Positions 39,497 through 49,273 of a DNA stretch of 64,000 bases are shown here, piece by piece (the stretch's first letter is position 1; the number at the start of each line of letters is the position of its first letter). The notes under the pieces were generated by a model. The model was given only the letters and a program-made list of their open reading frames with translations. It made no database searches and was not told where the DNA came from. The translations under genes were made by a program, and so were the position numbers. This DNA is from Nitrososphaeria archaeon (GTDB taxonomy: Archaea; Thermoproteota; Nitrososphaeria; Nitrososphaerales; JANXEG01): contig JARVKA010000005.1 of the NCBI GenBank assembly GCA_029775915.1, forward strand, positions 7,162 through 71,161, read 5' to 3'.

Positions 39497-39825
39497 TGGC
39501 TGAGGTTAAAAAGATAATAACAGTAAAGATTTTTAGATTCAATCCAAAAGAGGGTCAAAATCCTAAATATCAAACTTATAAAATCCCACTTACAGAGGGT
39601 ATGAGTGTTTTATCAATTCTTAAATACATATATGAGAATGAAGATAGCAGTTTAGCATTTTACTACTCTTGCCGCATAGGCAAATGCAATGGATGTTACT
39701 TAATAGTGAATGGTAAGATAGTTAAAGCATGTACCACTATAGTGCATGATGATATTACTATAGAACCATTACATGGTTTTAAGATTATTAGAGATTTAGT
39801 TGTGGATTTAAAAGTAAAAACTTAA
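39496..39825 (+). CDS. SdhB/FrdB N-terminal [2Fe-2S] domain-only protein
   Basis: KIFRFNP, SLAF..SCRIGKCNGC...VNG....AC, IEPL..F.IIRDLVVD then stop. Confidence 0.88.
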   Translation: MAEVKKIITVKIFRFNPKEGQNPKYQTYKIPLTEGMSVLSILKYIYENEDSSLAFYYSCRIGKCNGCYLIVNGKIVKACTTIVHDDITIEPLHGFKIIRDLVVDLKVKT

Positions 39826-39917
39826 GGATTAATTAATTAATCCGTTATGTAACTTTTATCAATTTTTTTACTTTTCTATCGAAATTCTTAAATATTAAAT
39901 TTATATATGCCATAATT

Positions 39918-40163
39918 ATGAGCAAGGAAGAAGAAAAAGTTGAAATTCGTAGCCATATCATACCGAGAAAAACATCCGATAAAATTCTCCTACTGCTAAC
40001 CTTCATCTGCTTATTGATGCTATGGTGGCCTGGTTGGCTTATCGCTGGAGCCCCTCGTGCAATACCATTCGGAGGATTCTCTCTCGCATTTTGGTGGGCA
40101 ACGATTTGGTGGCTTATATTGGTAATAATACTAGCGATAGTAGTATTCAAATTATGGAGGTGA
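39918..40163 (+). CDS. Small two-TM accessory protein of SSS transporter (DUF3311/DUF997-like)
   Basis: Two hydrophobic helices, WPG...GG.SL.FWW...W; abuts the SSS gene. Confidence 0.7.
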   Translation: MSKEEEKVEIRSHIIPRKTSDKILLLLTFICLLMLWWPGWLIAGAPRAIPFGGFSLAFWWATIWWLILVIILAIVVFKLWR

Positions 40164-41729
40164 GTGAGTATGGTTGAAGCTTGGGTTATATCCACAAGTG
40201 TTATTATTGGTTATGCTATTGCATGCTTAATTATTGGCTTTATAACTATGAGAATATTAAAACTCACTATAGATGACTTCTTCGTAATGGGAAGAACCGC
40301 TGGACTTTTAGTATTATTCCTTACCACTGCTGCTACTTACCATAGCGCTTTCGCAGTTTTAACATCCGCAGCAACAGCTGTAACACATGGCGTTGCTTGG
40401 TGGGTAGGCTCATGTGGATGGACAGTTTGTGCTGGTATGGTTGCGATAGTTATGGGCCCAAGGTATTGGCATCTCGGTAGAAAATTTGGTTATATCACTT
40501 TAGCTGATCTTTTAGCAGACTTTTATGAGAGTAAACTTTTGAGATGGATTGTTGCCATACTCATGGCTCTTTGGGTAATACCTTACATTACAGTTCAAGC
40601 TATTGGATTCGGTTTAATAACAACGATAGCAAGCGAAGGTAGAATTCCTTACATATGGGCATCATTACTACTCACTATTGTTACAGTGATTTATTGTGTA
40701 ATGGGTGGGCAAAGGGCGACAGCTTGGACTGATGTTATTCAAGGGATTTGGATGTATGCATTGGTTTGGATAGTTTCACTTGTTGTGGTCTTTAATGCGA
40801 TTGGTGGTCCTGGACCATTATTTGAGGAAGTATTAAAAGTTAAACCAGAGTTGCTCTCAGTACCTATGACAGGATGGAGTGCACCGGGAGCGATATTATC
40901 AAATTATCTTCTCTTTAGCATAGGCTTGATGCTCACAATGCAACATCTTCAAATGAAGTTCTACGCAGCAAGGGATCCTCCAACCATAAGAAAGTCTCAA
41001 TTCTTAACAACACTTTATTTATGTACTATTTATGTACCACCAGTACTCACTGGGTTAACTGGCTTTCTCTTAATACAAAGAAAGATAATACCACCATTAG
41101 CAGATATAACAAAAACGTATGGTACCGTTGATGCTATGCTACCTTTAATCACCTTCATGTATGCACCAGCTTTATTAGCTGGTTTACTCTTTGCTGGCGC
41201 TATTGCAGCAGCTATGTCTACACAAGATAACTTTTTCATAGCCACATCCACTGTTATTACTAATGACATGTTACGTAAAGGTGTGAATATAAAATTGAGT
41301 GAAAAAGGATGGGTTAATGTTGGAAGGGTCATCATGATAATCTTCGCTTTTATAGCATGGTATTGGGCGGTTGTTAGACCTGGTTATATATTCGATTTAG
41401 TCGCTTTAGCTACAGCTGGGTGTTTACAATTCGCTCCAGCATCTTTAGTAGTTATTTATCCACATAAAAGAGTTTTAATTACGAAGTGGGGCGCTATAAT
41501 TGGCATCATCGTTGGCACTTTAATCCTCGTTTTGGGCTATCTTAAGATTATTACATTGCCAGTATTTGGTGCTTTTGGAACTTTACATGCAGGGGTTTGG
41601 GGCTTCATATTCAACATAATAGTGGCATTAATCGTTAGCCTCTTCACAAAGCCACCATCAAAAGAAACGATTACAAGAATTTATGGATACTTAGAAGAAG
41701 CGCTTTATGGTAAATCTTCTACTACTTAA
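40164..41729 (+). CDS. Sodium:solute symporter (SSS) family
   Basis: DFFVMGR, AT..SAF, YITLADLL, GG.RA.AWTDVIQG, AAAMST.D, VSLFTKP. Confidence 0.92.
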   Translation: MSMVEAWVISTSVIIGYAIACLIIGFITMRILKLTIDDFFVMGRTAGLLVLFLTTAATYHSAFAVLTSAATAVTHGVAWWVGSCGWTVCAGMVAIVMGPRYWHLGRKFGYITLADLLADFYESKLLRWIVAILMALWVIPYITVQAIGFGLITTIASEGRIPYIWASLLLTIVTVIYCVMGGQRATAWTDVIQGIWMYALVWIVSLVVVFNAIGGPGPLFEEVLKVKPELLSVPMTGWSAPGAILSNYLLFSIGLMLTMQHLQMKFYAARDPPTIRKSQFLTTLYLCTIYVPPVLTGLTGFLLIQRKIIPPLADITKTYGTVDAMLPLITFMYAPALLAGLLFAGAIAAAMSTQDNFFIATSTVITNDMLRKGVNIKLSEKGWVNVGRVIMIIFAFIAWYWAVVRPGYIFDLVALATAGCLQFAPASLVVIYPHKRVLITKWGAIIGIIVGTLILVLGYLKIITLPVFGAFGTLHAGVWGFIFNIIVALIVSLFTKPPSKETITRIYGYLEEALYGKSSTT

Positions 41730-41732
41730 AAA

Positions 41733-41746
41733 CCCCCTTCTTTTTT
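41733..41746 (+). terminator. Oligo-pyrimidine/T-tract terminator candidate
   Basis: CCCCCTTCTTTTTT just after the SSS stop codon. Confidence 0.4.
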
Positions 41747-42199
41747 CATTCCACAAAACATACGTATACCATTTAAAATATTGCAAATTCCTTCAACTTC
41801 ATTTGGTAATTCCTATCATATAATATTCTCCATTAAATAGATGAATGAGTTTTAACGCTTTTTAATTTAATGAACAATCTTAAACATAGTTTACTCTAAA
41901 CTTTTGGATAGCTTTATTGTTCTACGCTTATCTAAAGATCCTTTTAATCTTAACTTACGTTACACTTTATACTTTAATACTATATTTCCGTCCATAAACC
42001 CCGATCCCTTTATTATATCTAACTACAGTTAGGATAATCAAAACCTATTCTACAAATCTAAAACCCCTAATAAGACATTACGGATTAAGATTTTAATTAA
42101 GAATTACAAGAGTAAACATGGGATGGTTTTATATAGGAATTACCATCTCAAAAAGTGTAAGGTTTATATTGATTATTAATATATACCTAAAGGGAGACT

Positions 42200-42310
42200 A
42201 TGTCAGACTTTATAGGACTTATAGTACTATTTTTTATAATGTGTTTCATTATGATACCTATTTATTACTGGCTTAGAAAACGATTTGGAGATAGTCTTAA
42301 GGGTGAATAA
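42200..42310 (+). CDS. 36-aa single-TM micropeptide, putative accessory subunit of the second SSS transporter
   Basis: MSDFIGLIVLFFIMCFIMIPIYYWLRKRFGDSLKGE*; GGGAG SD upstream; stop ends 1 nt before the SSS ATG. Confidence 0.7.
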   Translation: MSDFIGLIVLFFIMCFIMIPIYYWLRKRFGDSLKGE

Positions 42311-42311
42311 T

Positions 42312-43772
42312 ATGCAGATCGAAGTGTTAACTGTAACTATAATATACATGGCAATTGTGCTTATCATCGGCTTATATGCAGCAAAGTATGTTAAATCTGT
42401 GAGAGACTACTTAATATATGGACATAGAATGGGGTTAATCCCTCTTACCTTCACATATTTTGCAACATACTTAAGTGCCGTTTCAGTATTCGGATTTACA
42501 GGTTTAGTCTATAGAAGTGGTTGGTCTGGTCTTTGGCTACCTATAATTTGGGCTAGTGGAAGTATTATGGGCATGTTCATAGCTTTAAGGTTAAGAAGAG
42601 TGAAGTTATTATCACCACATGAATACTTTAAGACTAGATTCGGCTTGCCAACTGGTTTTCAAGTCTTTGCAGGCTTGCTCACAATTATAGCAGTATTAGT
42701 ATCATTAATCGTTCAGATAAAGGCTATGGGTATAACATGGAGCCTTGCTTTGAATAGACCTATTGAAGAAGGAATTATCATTTCGATGTTTGTACTATTA
42801 GTGTATACTGTTGTTGGAGGTCTCTATTCAGTTGCCTATACGGATGTGTTTCAAGGTGCTTTATTCACAGTAATGTTAATAGGTGGAGGAGTATGGGCTC
42901 TTTCAGCTATGGGAGGTTTAGAAAACCTTTATGCAATGGCTGCAAAGATAAATACACCTCCAACTCCTGGAGCAGCACCTACTCCTGAAGGAGCGCTTGT
43001 CTCAGCCATTGGTACTTACACACCATTTGGATTGATATTTTTATGGCTTAATTGGGCACCTGGTGTTGCGGCTCATATTAGGTATACTCAAAGGCAATTA
43101 GCTGCTAAAAACATCGATAACTCTTTAAAGATGTACGTTATAGCATGGCCCATCCTATTCCTTATATACTTATGCATGGGTTTCACAGCATTAGCTGGTA
43201 GAGTCCTCATACCAACTATGCCTAAAGGCATGTCTGTCGATCATATTATGCCGCTAGTCTTTCTACAATACATGCCTCCAGTAGTTACAGGTTTACTTTA
43301 CGCAGGACTTCTTGCTGCAGCAATGTCAACCGTTGATAGTGAAGTCCAAATATGTAACTCAATCCTATTTATCGATATACAAAGGTATGTAAAGCTCTCT
43401 GAAAAAGGAATGCTAAATATAGCAAGAGTGTTAGGAATTGTTATAATCGCGATTGCTACTTTAATAACACTTTATCCACTTCCTATAATCATCGAATTCT
43501 CGGCTTATAGTTGGGGCATACTTGGCTGCCTCTACTTTGCACCTATGCTCATAGGATTATACTGGAAGCGAGTTAATAAATGGGGCGTTATCTCAGGGAT
43601 CTTTGGCGGCCTTATCGTATTCGCTACATGGCAATTGTTATGGGGTACAAGGATCTATGGAATACTTCCCTTCGGAGTAGGGGTTTTAGTATCCATAATA
43701 TTAACAATTCTAGTTTCAGCAGTTACTAAGCCTCCACCTGAAGAATACTTAAAGGGATACTTCACATCTTAA
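42312..43772 (+). CDS. Sodium:solute symporter (SSS) family (start MQIEVL at 42312)
   Basis: FATYLSA, YTVVGGL.SVAYTDVFQG, LAAAMSTVDS, GLYWKRVN; GGTGA SD upstream of 42312. Confidence 0.92.
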   Translation: MQIEVLTVTIIYMAIVLIIGLYAAKYVKSVRDYLIYGHRMGLIPLTFTYFATYLSAVSVFGFTGLVYRSGWSGLWLPIIWASGSIMGMFIALRLRRVKLLSPHEYFKTRFGLPTGFQVFAGLLTIIAVLVSLIVQIKAMGITWSLALNRPIEEGIIISMFVLLVYTVVGGLYSVAYTDVFQGALFTVMLIGGGVWALSAMGGLENLYAMAAKINTPPTPGAAPTPEGALVSAIGTYTPFGLIFLWLNWAPGVAAHIRYTQRQLAAKNIDNSLKMYVIAWPILFLIYLCMGFTALAGRVLIPTMPKGMSVDHIMPLVFLQYMPPVVTGLLYAGLLAAAMSTVDSEVQICNSILFIDIQRYVKLSEKGMLNIARVLGIVIIAIATLITLYPLPIIIEFSAYSWGILGCLYFAPMLIGLYWKRVNKWGVISGIFGGLIVFATWQLLWGTRIYGILPFGVGVLVSIILTILVSAVTKPPPEEYLKGYFTS

Positions 43773-43918
43773 GAAAGTATAACCTTGAAGATTGAATAAG
43801 CGTGGTAACTTAGAGGTAATAATATCCTTGTAATTTAAGAAACTTAGTCAATAGTTTAAATCCCAATAGTCTTCTTATCTTCATCATTCAATGTAAAGTT
43901 TAATAATCTCTAAAATAG

Positions 43919-45631
43919 TTAGCCCCTTAACCTTCTTGTCTCCTCATAATCGATTTTACCATTTTTAATAACTACACCATACTCTTCCAATGCTTGATTT
44001 AATGTAATATAACCATTTTCAACATCTTTAATTACAAGCTCAGGCTCTCTATCAAATGGCTTTCCATAACCTCCACCACCCGCGGTTTTAATTATGAATA
44101 CATCACCATAATCCATTCTTATCGTTTGTTTTGATTTTAACTTAATAATCTCTCCATTCGTTTTTATTATAAATGCCTCACCAGTCTTACCACTCTCTCC
44201 ACCAAATAAGCCCCAAGGCGGTATTTTATGCCTCTCAGAAACTATTGAAACGGTAGCGGTTGGTGCAAGAAGTTTCCAAGATCTTTCAACACCACAACCA
44301 CCTCTATACTTTCCAGCTCCACAACTCCCATCTCTAACTCCATACTTTAAGAATAATATTGGATAATTCCTTTCTATCGCTTCTATTGGTGTATTCATTG
44401 TATTTGTCATATGTGTATGTATAGCATCTACACCATCAATACCAAATCTCCCACCATAACCTCCAGCTATCGTTTCATAAAAAGCCCATGTCCTTCCATT
44501 TTCATCCACACCACCAAACGCTACATTATTCATAGAGCCTGTACAAGCTGCACATACTTTATTTGGCACTATTTGAGCAAATGCTTTTAAAAGAACATCA
44601 ACATTTCTTTGTGATGTTTCTGTATTACCACCACTAACTGGTGCTGGCTTTTTTGGATTTAATATAGTTCCTTCAGGTATATTTATTAAAATTGGTTTGA
44701 AGAAGCCATCATTCATAGGTATTTCAGGATTTGTTATACAAAGCATAGTATAATATATGCCAGCTACAGCTACACCGTAAGCTGCATTTATTGGTCCATC
44801 AACTTGTTTACTCGTACCCGTATAATCAAAAATTATTTCATCCTCTTTTACCGTTATCTTAACTTTTATCTTCGCAATTTCATCCTTAGACCCTATATCT
44901 TCCATAAAATCCTCAGCTTCAAAAACCCCTTTAGGCATTTTATTAATTTCAATTCTTAACTTACGTTCAGAGTATTCTATGATTTTATCAATTGCTTCGA
45001 AAAATTTTTCAATGCCGTATTTTGAGCAAATCTCTTTTACTCTACGTACACCTAGCATATTCGCAGCCACTTGAGCTCTTAAATCCCCAATCCTTATGTA
45101 AGGCTCTCTAACATTGCTCAATATTAAATTAAGAATCTCTTTATCCACTACTCCTTTTTTCACAAACTTTATTGGCGGTATTATTATTCCTTCTTGAAAG
45201 AGCTCATTAACATCGCTAGGCATACTACCAGGTACTTTACCCCCAACATCTGAATGATGAGCTTTATTAGCTACGTAACCGATAAGTTTATTGTTAAAGT
45301 ATATCGGTGCAACTAATGTTATATCTGGCAAATGGGTTCCACTAACGTAAGGATCATTGTAAAGAAGAATATCACCATCTTCAAGCTCTCCTTCATAAAC
45401 CTCAATCCCTTTCTTTACACCATATGGTAATGAACCTAAGTGTGCGGGTATATGCTCAGCTTGAGCGATAAGCCTCGCATTAAAATCGAATATAGCACAA
45501 GAGTGATCCATTCTCTCTTTAATATTTGGAGAGTAAGATGAGTTTCTAAGTGATATTCCCATTTCCTCAGCTGCATATATTAATGCTCCCTTTATAACCT
45601 CAACAGTTACTATATCAATCATTTTTTCCAC
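43919..45631 (-). CDS. hyuB: Hydantoinase B / 5-oxoprolinase family subunit
   Basis: SPNIKERMDHSCA, HIPAHLGS, NDPY..GTHLPD, HHSDVGG..PGS, YETIAGG, HMTNT.NTP.E, GGGGYG.P. Confidence 0.92.
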   Translation of the reverse strand: MEKMIDIVTVEVIKGALIYAAEEMGISLRNSSYSPNIKERMDHSCAIFDFNARLIAQAEHIPAHLGSLPYGVKKGIEVYEGELEDGDILLYNDPYVSGTHLPDITLVAPIYFNNKLIGYVANKAHHSDVGGKVPGSMPSDVNELFQEGIIIPPIKFVKKGVVDKEILNLILSNVREPYIRIGDLRAQVAANMLGVRRVKEICSKYGIEKFFEAIDKIIEYSERKLRIEINKMPKGVFEAEDFMEDIGSKDEIAKIKVKITVKEDEIIFDYTGTSKQVDGPINAAYGVAVAGIYYTMLCITNPEIPMNDGFFKPILINIPEGTILNPKKPAPVSGGNTETSQRNVDVLLKAFAQIVPNKVCAACTGSMNNVAFGGVDENGRTWAFYETIAGGYGGRFGIDGVDAIHTHMTNTMNTPIEAIERNYPILFLKYGVRDGSCGAGKYRGGCGVERSWKLLAPTATVSIVSERHKIPPWGLFGGESGKTGEAFIIKTNGEIIKLKSKQTIRMDYGDVFIIKTAGGGGYGKPFDREPELVIKDVENGYITLNQALEEYGVVIKNGKIDYEETRRLRG

Positions 45632-47715
45632 CTCATTATCACATTACCATAATTATCAATCTCAGCCAACCAATTTGGATATACTACTATAGTTGAGTCA
45701 TACTGCTCAATAATCGCAGGCCCATCAATAATATTCCCAGATTTTAACTTCTCTCTATTAAATACTTTACAATTAATATATTGATTAGATTCTTCAAAGA
45801 AAACTTCTCTCTCTCCAATTACACTATCGATTGAATATTGAGCTTCTCCTTTCTCAATTACTTTCAATCTCGGTTTTTTAACAATACCTATAATTACAAC
45901 TCTAGCATTCACAATCTCAACATCACCCTCTCTCGCTGAATATCCATAAGTTTCTTCATGCTTATTGTGAAAATCATCTATAAGCTTCATTAAACTCTCA
46001 TTTGTAAGTGGTTTAGCTATTGGTATAATCAATTCATAAGATTGGCCAACATACCTCATATCGAGATACCTTTGCACTATTATATCACCTTTAAAGAATT
46101 TTGGCATCATATTCAAACCTTCAATCTCAAGATCATTAAATACTCGCTCTACTTCATTAACAATTTCAAAACTTACATTTTTCATTATCGATTTTATTAC
46201 TTCATACTTAAAGTCTGAGACAACAAGTCCTAAAGCTGAGAAGAGACCTGGATTTGGAGGTATAATTACTGAGTGTAAATTTATTTCTTCAGCTAAGGCA
46301 CAAGCGTGCATCGGTCCAGCACCACCAAAAGCGATCATAGTAAAATCTCTTGGATCATACCCTCTTTCAACAGATACTATACGTATAATCTTAGCCATCT
46401 CTGAATTAGCGATCTTAATAATACCTGCAGCCGCTTCTATTAATGATAAGCCAGTTTTATTGCAGATTCTTTCTTCTATCGCTCTTTTCGCTAAATCCAT
46501 ACGTATTTGCAATTCACCACCAAGTAAAAATTTTGGGTTTAATCTGCCAAGAATTAAATTCGCATCAGTTACCGTTGGTTCTAATCCGCCCAAACCATAA
46601 CAAGCTGGTCCGGGATAAGCACCCGCACTTAATGGGCCAACCCTTAATGCACCTATCTCATCAACCCATGCCATAGTTCCGCCACCAGCACTACACTCAG
46701 CCAAATCTATAAAAGAGCCTCTTATTGGATAACCGCTACCTTTTACAATTCTACCTTTATGCACACGACCAGCAACCTCATACTCTGATGTTGATTCTAT
46801 AATCCCCTTTCTAATACTACCCGCTTTTGCAGTCGTTCCACCCATATCAAAGCTTATAACATCTCTTAATCCAAGAATATTTGAATAAAATGCTGATGCA
46901 ACCACACCTGATGCCGGTCCTGATTCAATAATAGTTGTAGGCTTTTTAGAAACATAATCTATAGATGCCATACCTCCACTCGATTGCATAATGAAAAAAG
47001 GTGCTGAAATCTTAAACTCTCTTAATCCATCTATTAAATTCTTAAGATACTTGGATACAATAGGCATGAGCATAACATTAACGATAGTTGTACTAAATCT
47101 TTCATACTCTCTATATTCTTTTGTAACTTCAGATGAGCAACATACATAGAGATTAGGCAGATTTTTTATAACCTCCTCTTTAACTCTCAATTCGTGAATT
47201 GGATTTACATATGAGTTTAAGAAGCATATAGCTACAGCCTCTATACCTTCGCTCTTAATCTTATCGATAATCGAGTACACATCATTAATATTTAATGGCT
47301 CTATAATATTACCAAAAGCATCTATTCGCTCCCTTACCTCAAATCTAAATTTACGTTGAATGAGTTGCTTAGGTTTTTGGAAGAATAAGTTATAAAGCTC
47401 AGCCCTTCTCTGCCTTCCAATTTCAACAATATCTTTGAATCCATAAGTTGTTATTAATGCTGTTTTTGGAAGATTTAACTCAACCTGCCCGAGTATCGCA
47501 TTTGTAGCTATCGTTGTTGCATGAACGATTAACTCGATATCTTTCACATCGATACCTTTAGTAAATCTATGGAAGGAGTCTAAAACGCCTATTGATGGAT
47601 TTTTAGGCGTTGTAGGTACCTTAATATTTATAATCTCACCACTCTCTCCTAAAGCTACCAAATCTGTAAATGTCCCACCTATATCTACACCAACTCTAAA
47701 CAATTTTTTCTCCAT
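45619..47715 (-). CDS. hyuA: Hydantoinase A / 5-oxoprolinase family ATP-dependent subunit
   Basis: DIGGTFTD, HATTIATNA, REYER.STT, SGPASGV, DMGGTT, VGP.SAGA.PGPACY, FGGAGPMH. Confidence 0.92.
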   Translation of the reverse strand: MEKKLFRVGVDIGGTFTDLVALGESGEIINIKVPTTPKNPSIGVLDSFHRFTKGIDVKDIELIVHATTIATNAILGQVELNLPKTALITTYGFKDIVEIGRQRRAELYNLFFQKPKQLIQRKFRFEVRERIDAFGNIIEPLNINDVYSIIDKIKSEGIEAVAICFLNSYVNPIHELRVKEEVIKNLPNLYVCCSSEVTKEYREYERFSTTIVNVMLMPIVSKYLKNLIDGLREFKISAPFFIMQSSGGMASIDYVSKKPTTIIESGPASGVVASAFYSNILGLRDVISFDMGGTTAKAGSIRKGIIESTSEYEVAGRVHKGRIVKGSGYPIRGSFIDLAECSAGGGTMAWVDEIGALRVGPLSAGAYPGPACYGLGGLEPTVTDANLILGRLNPKFLLGGELQIRMDLAKRAIEERICNKTGLSLIEAAAGIIKIANSEMAKIIRIVSVERGYDPRDFTMIAFGGAGPMHACALAEEINLHSVIIPPNPGLFSALGLVVSDFKYEVIKSIMKNVSFEIVNEVERVFNDLEIEGLNMMPKFFKGDIIVQRYLDMRYVGQSYELIIPIAKPLTNESLMKLIDDFHNKHEETYGYSAREGDVEIVNARVVIIGIVKKPRLKVIEKGEAQYSIDSVIGEREVFFEESNQYINCKVFNREKLKSGNIIDGPAIIEQYDSTIVVYPNWLAEIDNYGNVIMRWKK

Positions 47716-47736
47716 TTATACACAAATACTTTATTT

Positions 47737-47751
47737 ATAAACGCTATGCTA
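47737..47751 (-). promoter_or_regulatory. Candidate BRE/TATA-overlapping motif upstream of hydantoinase A (same 15-mer as at porG)
   Basis: TAGCATAGCGTTTAT runs into TTTATAAA about 25 bp before the ATG. Confidence 0.4.
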
Positions 47752-47792
47752 AATCGCTATAATTGAATCTGAATAGCAAAATTCATTCGATC

Positions 47793-48767
47793 TTAAAAGA
47801 ATTGTGCAGATAAACTTAGATTTTCCAATATTTTCTCTGCCACTAAGGGTGGGGTATTTCTTAAACCACAATCTGGATGTATATACTCAATATTCTCCTC
47901 ACCCAAAATATTCTTTATATTACGTAATCTTTTTACTACTTCATCCACACTCTCAACATCATCCTCCTTTACCGCAACTACAGATATGCAACCCACACCA
48001 ATCTTAACCTTATGCTCCTCAACCTTCTCCTTTGAGAGAACTTGAATATTGGATGATTCTAATGAGCTACTAAAAGCAAGGCTCAGTGTTGGAATGTGTA
48101 GCTTTAATAAATTATTAAACAGCTCTTTTGTTAACGCTCCACACACATGCGCACTCATCCTACTCATTAATCGATTAGGGATACCATCTATCATAGAATT
48201 AATAATCTTAATCGCTTTATCAATATCCATAAATCTGGTTGAAAGAATCGGTTCATCTATTTGTACCAAAGAACCGTTTTCAAGAAGCTCGATTATTAAA
48301 GGTTGTATCGCATTAGCCAAATCTGAGTAAATGCGATAATCCTTGATACTACTGTAATATTCAACTCCATTAATAGCACAATTTAAACCTAAGGTGATAG
48401 GGCCGGTTACGGCAGTTTTTATCTTCACATCGAACCTATTCAACTCCCTCAAGTAAGCTTGAGTATATTTAAAGTCTTGAACTTTTATAAACTCTGAAGG
48501 ATTATCCATAGGTTTAATTTTACCACCTATACGAAGGCCTTTAGCTAACTTTACCAATCCTGGGATTTGATAAAAGTATTCAATCATATCCGCACGTGGT
48601 TCACCATCTGAGACTATATCGATACCATACTTTAATTGTAGGTTTAAATTCGATTTTATCAACTCATGAGTAGGGATATTCAATATTGGGAGACTACCTA
48701 TTACTGTTTTTACCAATGGCATAATTGTGTTAAACTTTTCCAAAGTATCATATAAGACCATCGTCAC
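47793..48767 (-). CDS. Core (single-barrel) cobalamin-independent methionine synthase-like protein
   Basis: TVIGSLP, GIDIVSDGE.R.DM, TGPITL, QIDEP, HVCG, PDCGLR. Confidence 0.8.
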   Translation of the reverse strand: MTMVLYDTLEKFNTIMPLVKTVIGSLPILNIPTHELIKSNLNLQLKYGIDIVSDGEPRADMIEYFYQIPGLVKLAKGLRIGGKIKPMDNPSEFIKVQDFKYTQAYLRELNRFDVKIKTAVTGPITLGLNCAINGVEYYSSIKDYRIYSDLANAIQPLIIELLENGSLVQIDEPILSTRFMDIDKAIKIINSMIDGIPNRLMSRMSAHVCGALTKELFNNLLKLHIPTLSLAFSSSLESSNIQVLSKEKVEEHKVKIGVGCISVVAVKEDDVESVDEVVKRLRNIKNILGEENIEYIHPDCGLRNTPPLVAEKILENLSLSAQFF

Positions 48768-48843
48768 ATAGCTGGTTAAAATTTAGCTTATTTCTCTATT
48801 CAAAAGCTTAAAATCATACAATTGATATTAATTTTTAAGGGAT

Positions 48844-49266
48844 ATGTTAAATTGTGTATTTTGCAACATTATTGGAGGTAAGAGTGACGCAGCTATTATA
48901 TATAATGATGAATCTTTTATAGCCTTTATGGATCATCGCCCAATCACCAAAGGGCATACGCTTGTTCTTCCAAAGAAACATTATCCTACGATTCTTGATA
49001 TGCCTCCTTCAGAAGTTTGTAAACTTTTCATTTTAGTAGTAAAAATCGCTAAGGCAGTGAGGGATGCGATGCATGCAGATGGTTTTAATTTAGGTCAAAA
49101 TAATGGAAAAGCCGCTTCTCAAATAGTCCCTCACGTGCATGTACATATTATACCTAGATATATAAATGATAATTTTAAACGTTCTTCACGAAAACTGGTT
49201 GCATTAGAAGAATTAAAAAAAGATGCAGAACTTATAATAAAAGAGATTTTAAGAGAGAATATATGA
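48844..49266 (+). CDS. HIT family nucleotide hydrolase
   Basis: CVFC.I, GHTLV.PK.H, Q.VPHVHVHIIPR. Confidence 0.93.
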   Translation: MLNCVFCNIIGGKSDAAIIYNDESFIAFMDHRPITKGHTLVLPKKHYPTILDMPPSEVCKLFILVVKIAKAVRDAMHADGFNLGQNNGKAASQIVPHVHVHIIPRYINDNFKRSSRKLVALEELKKDAELIIKEILRENI

Positions 49267-49273
49267 AATAGTT

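Noticed and set aside
41750-42100. Possible decayed gene in the long spacer between the SSS genes
   Set aside because: Minus strand looks purine-rich but the frames I read are broken and no family was recognisable.
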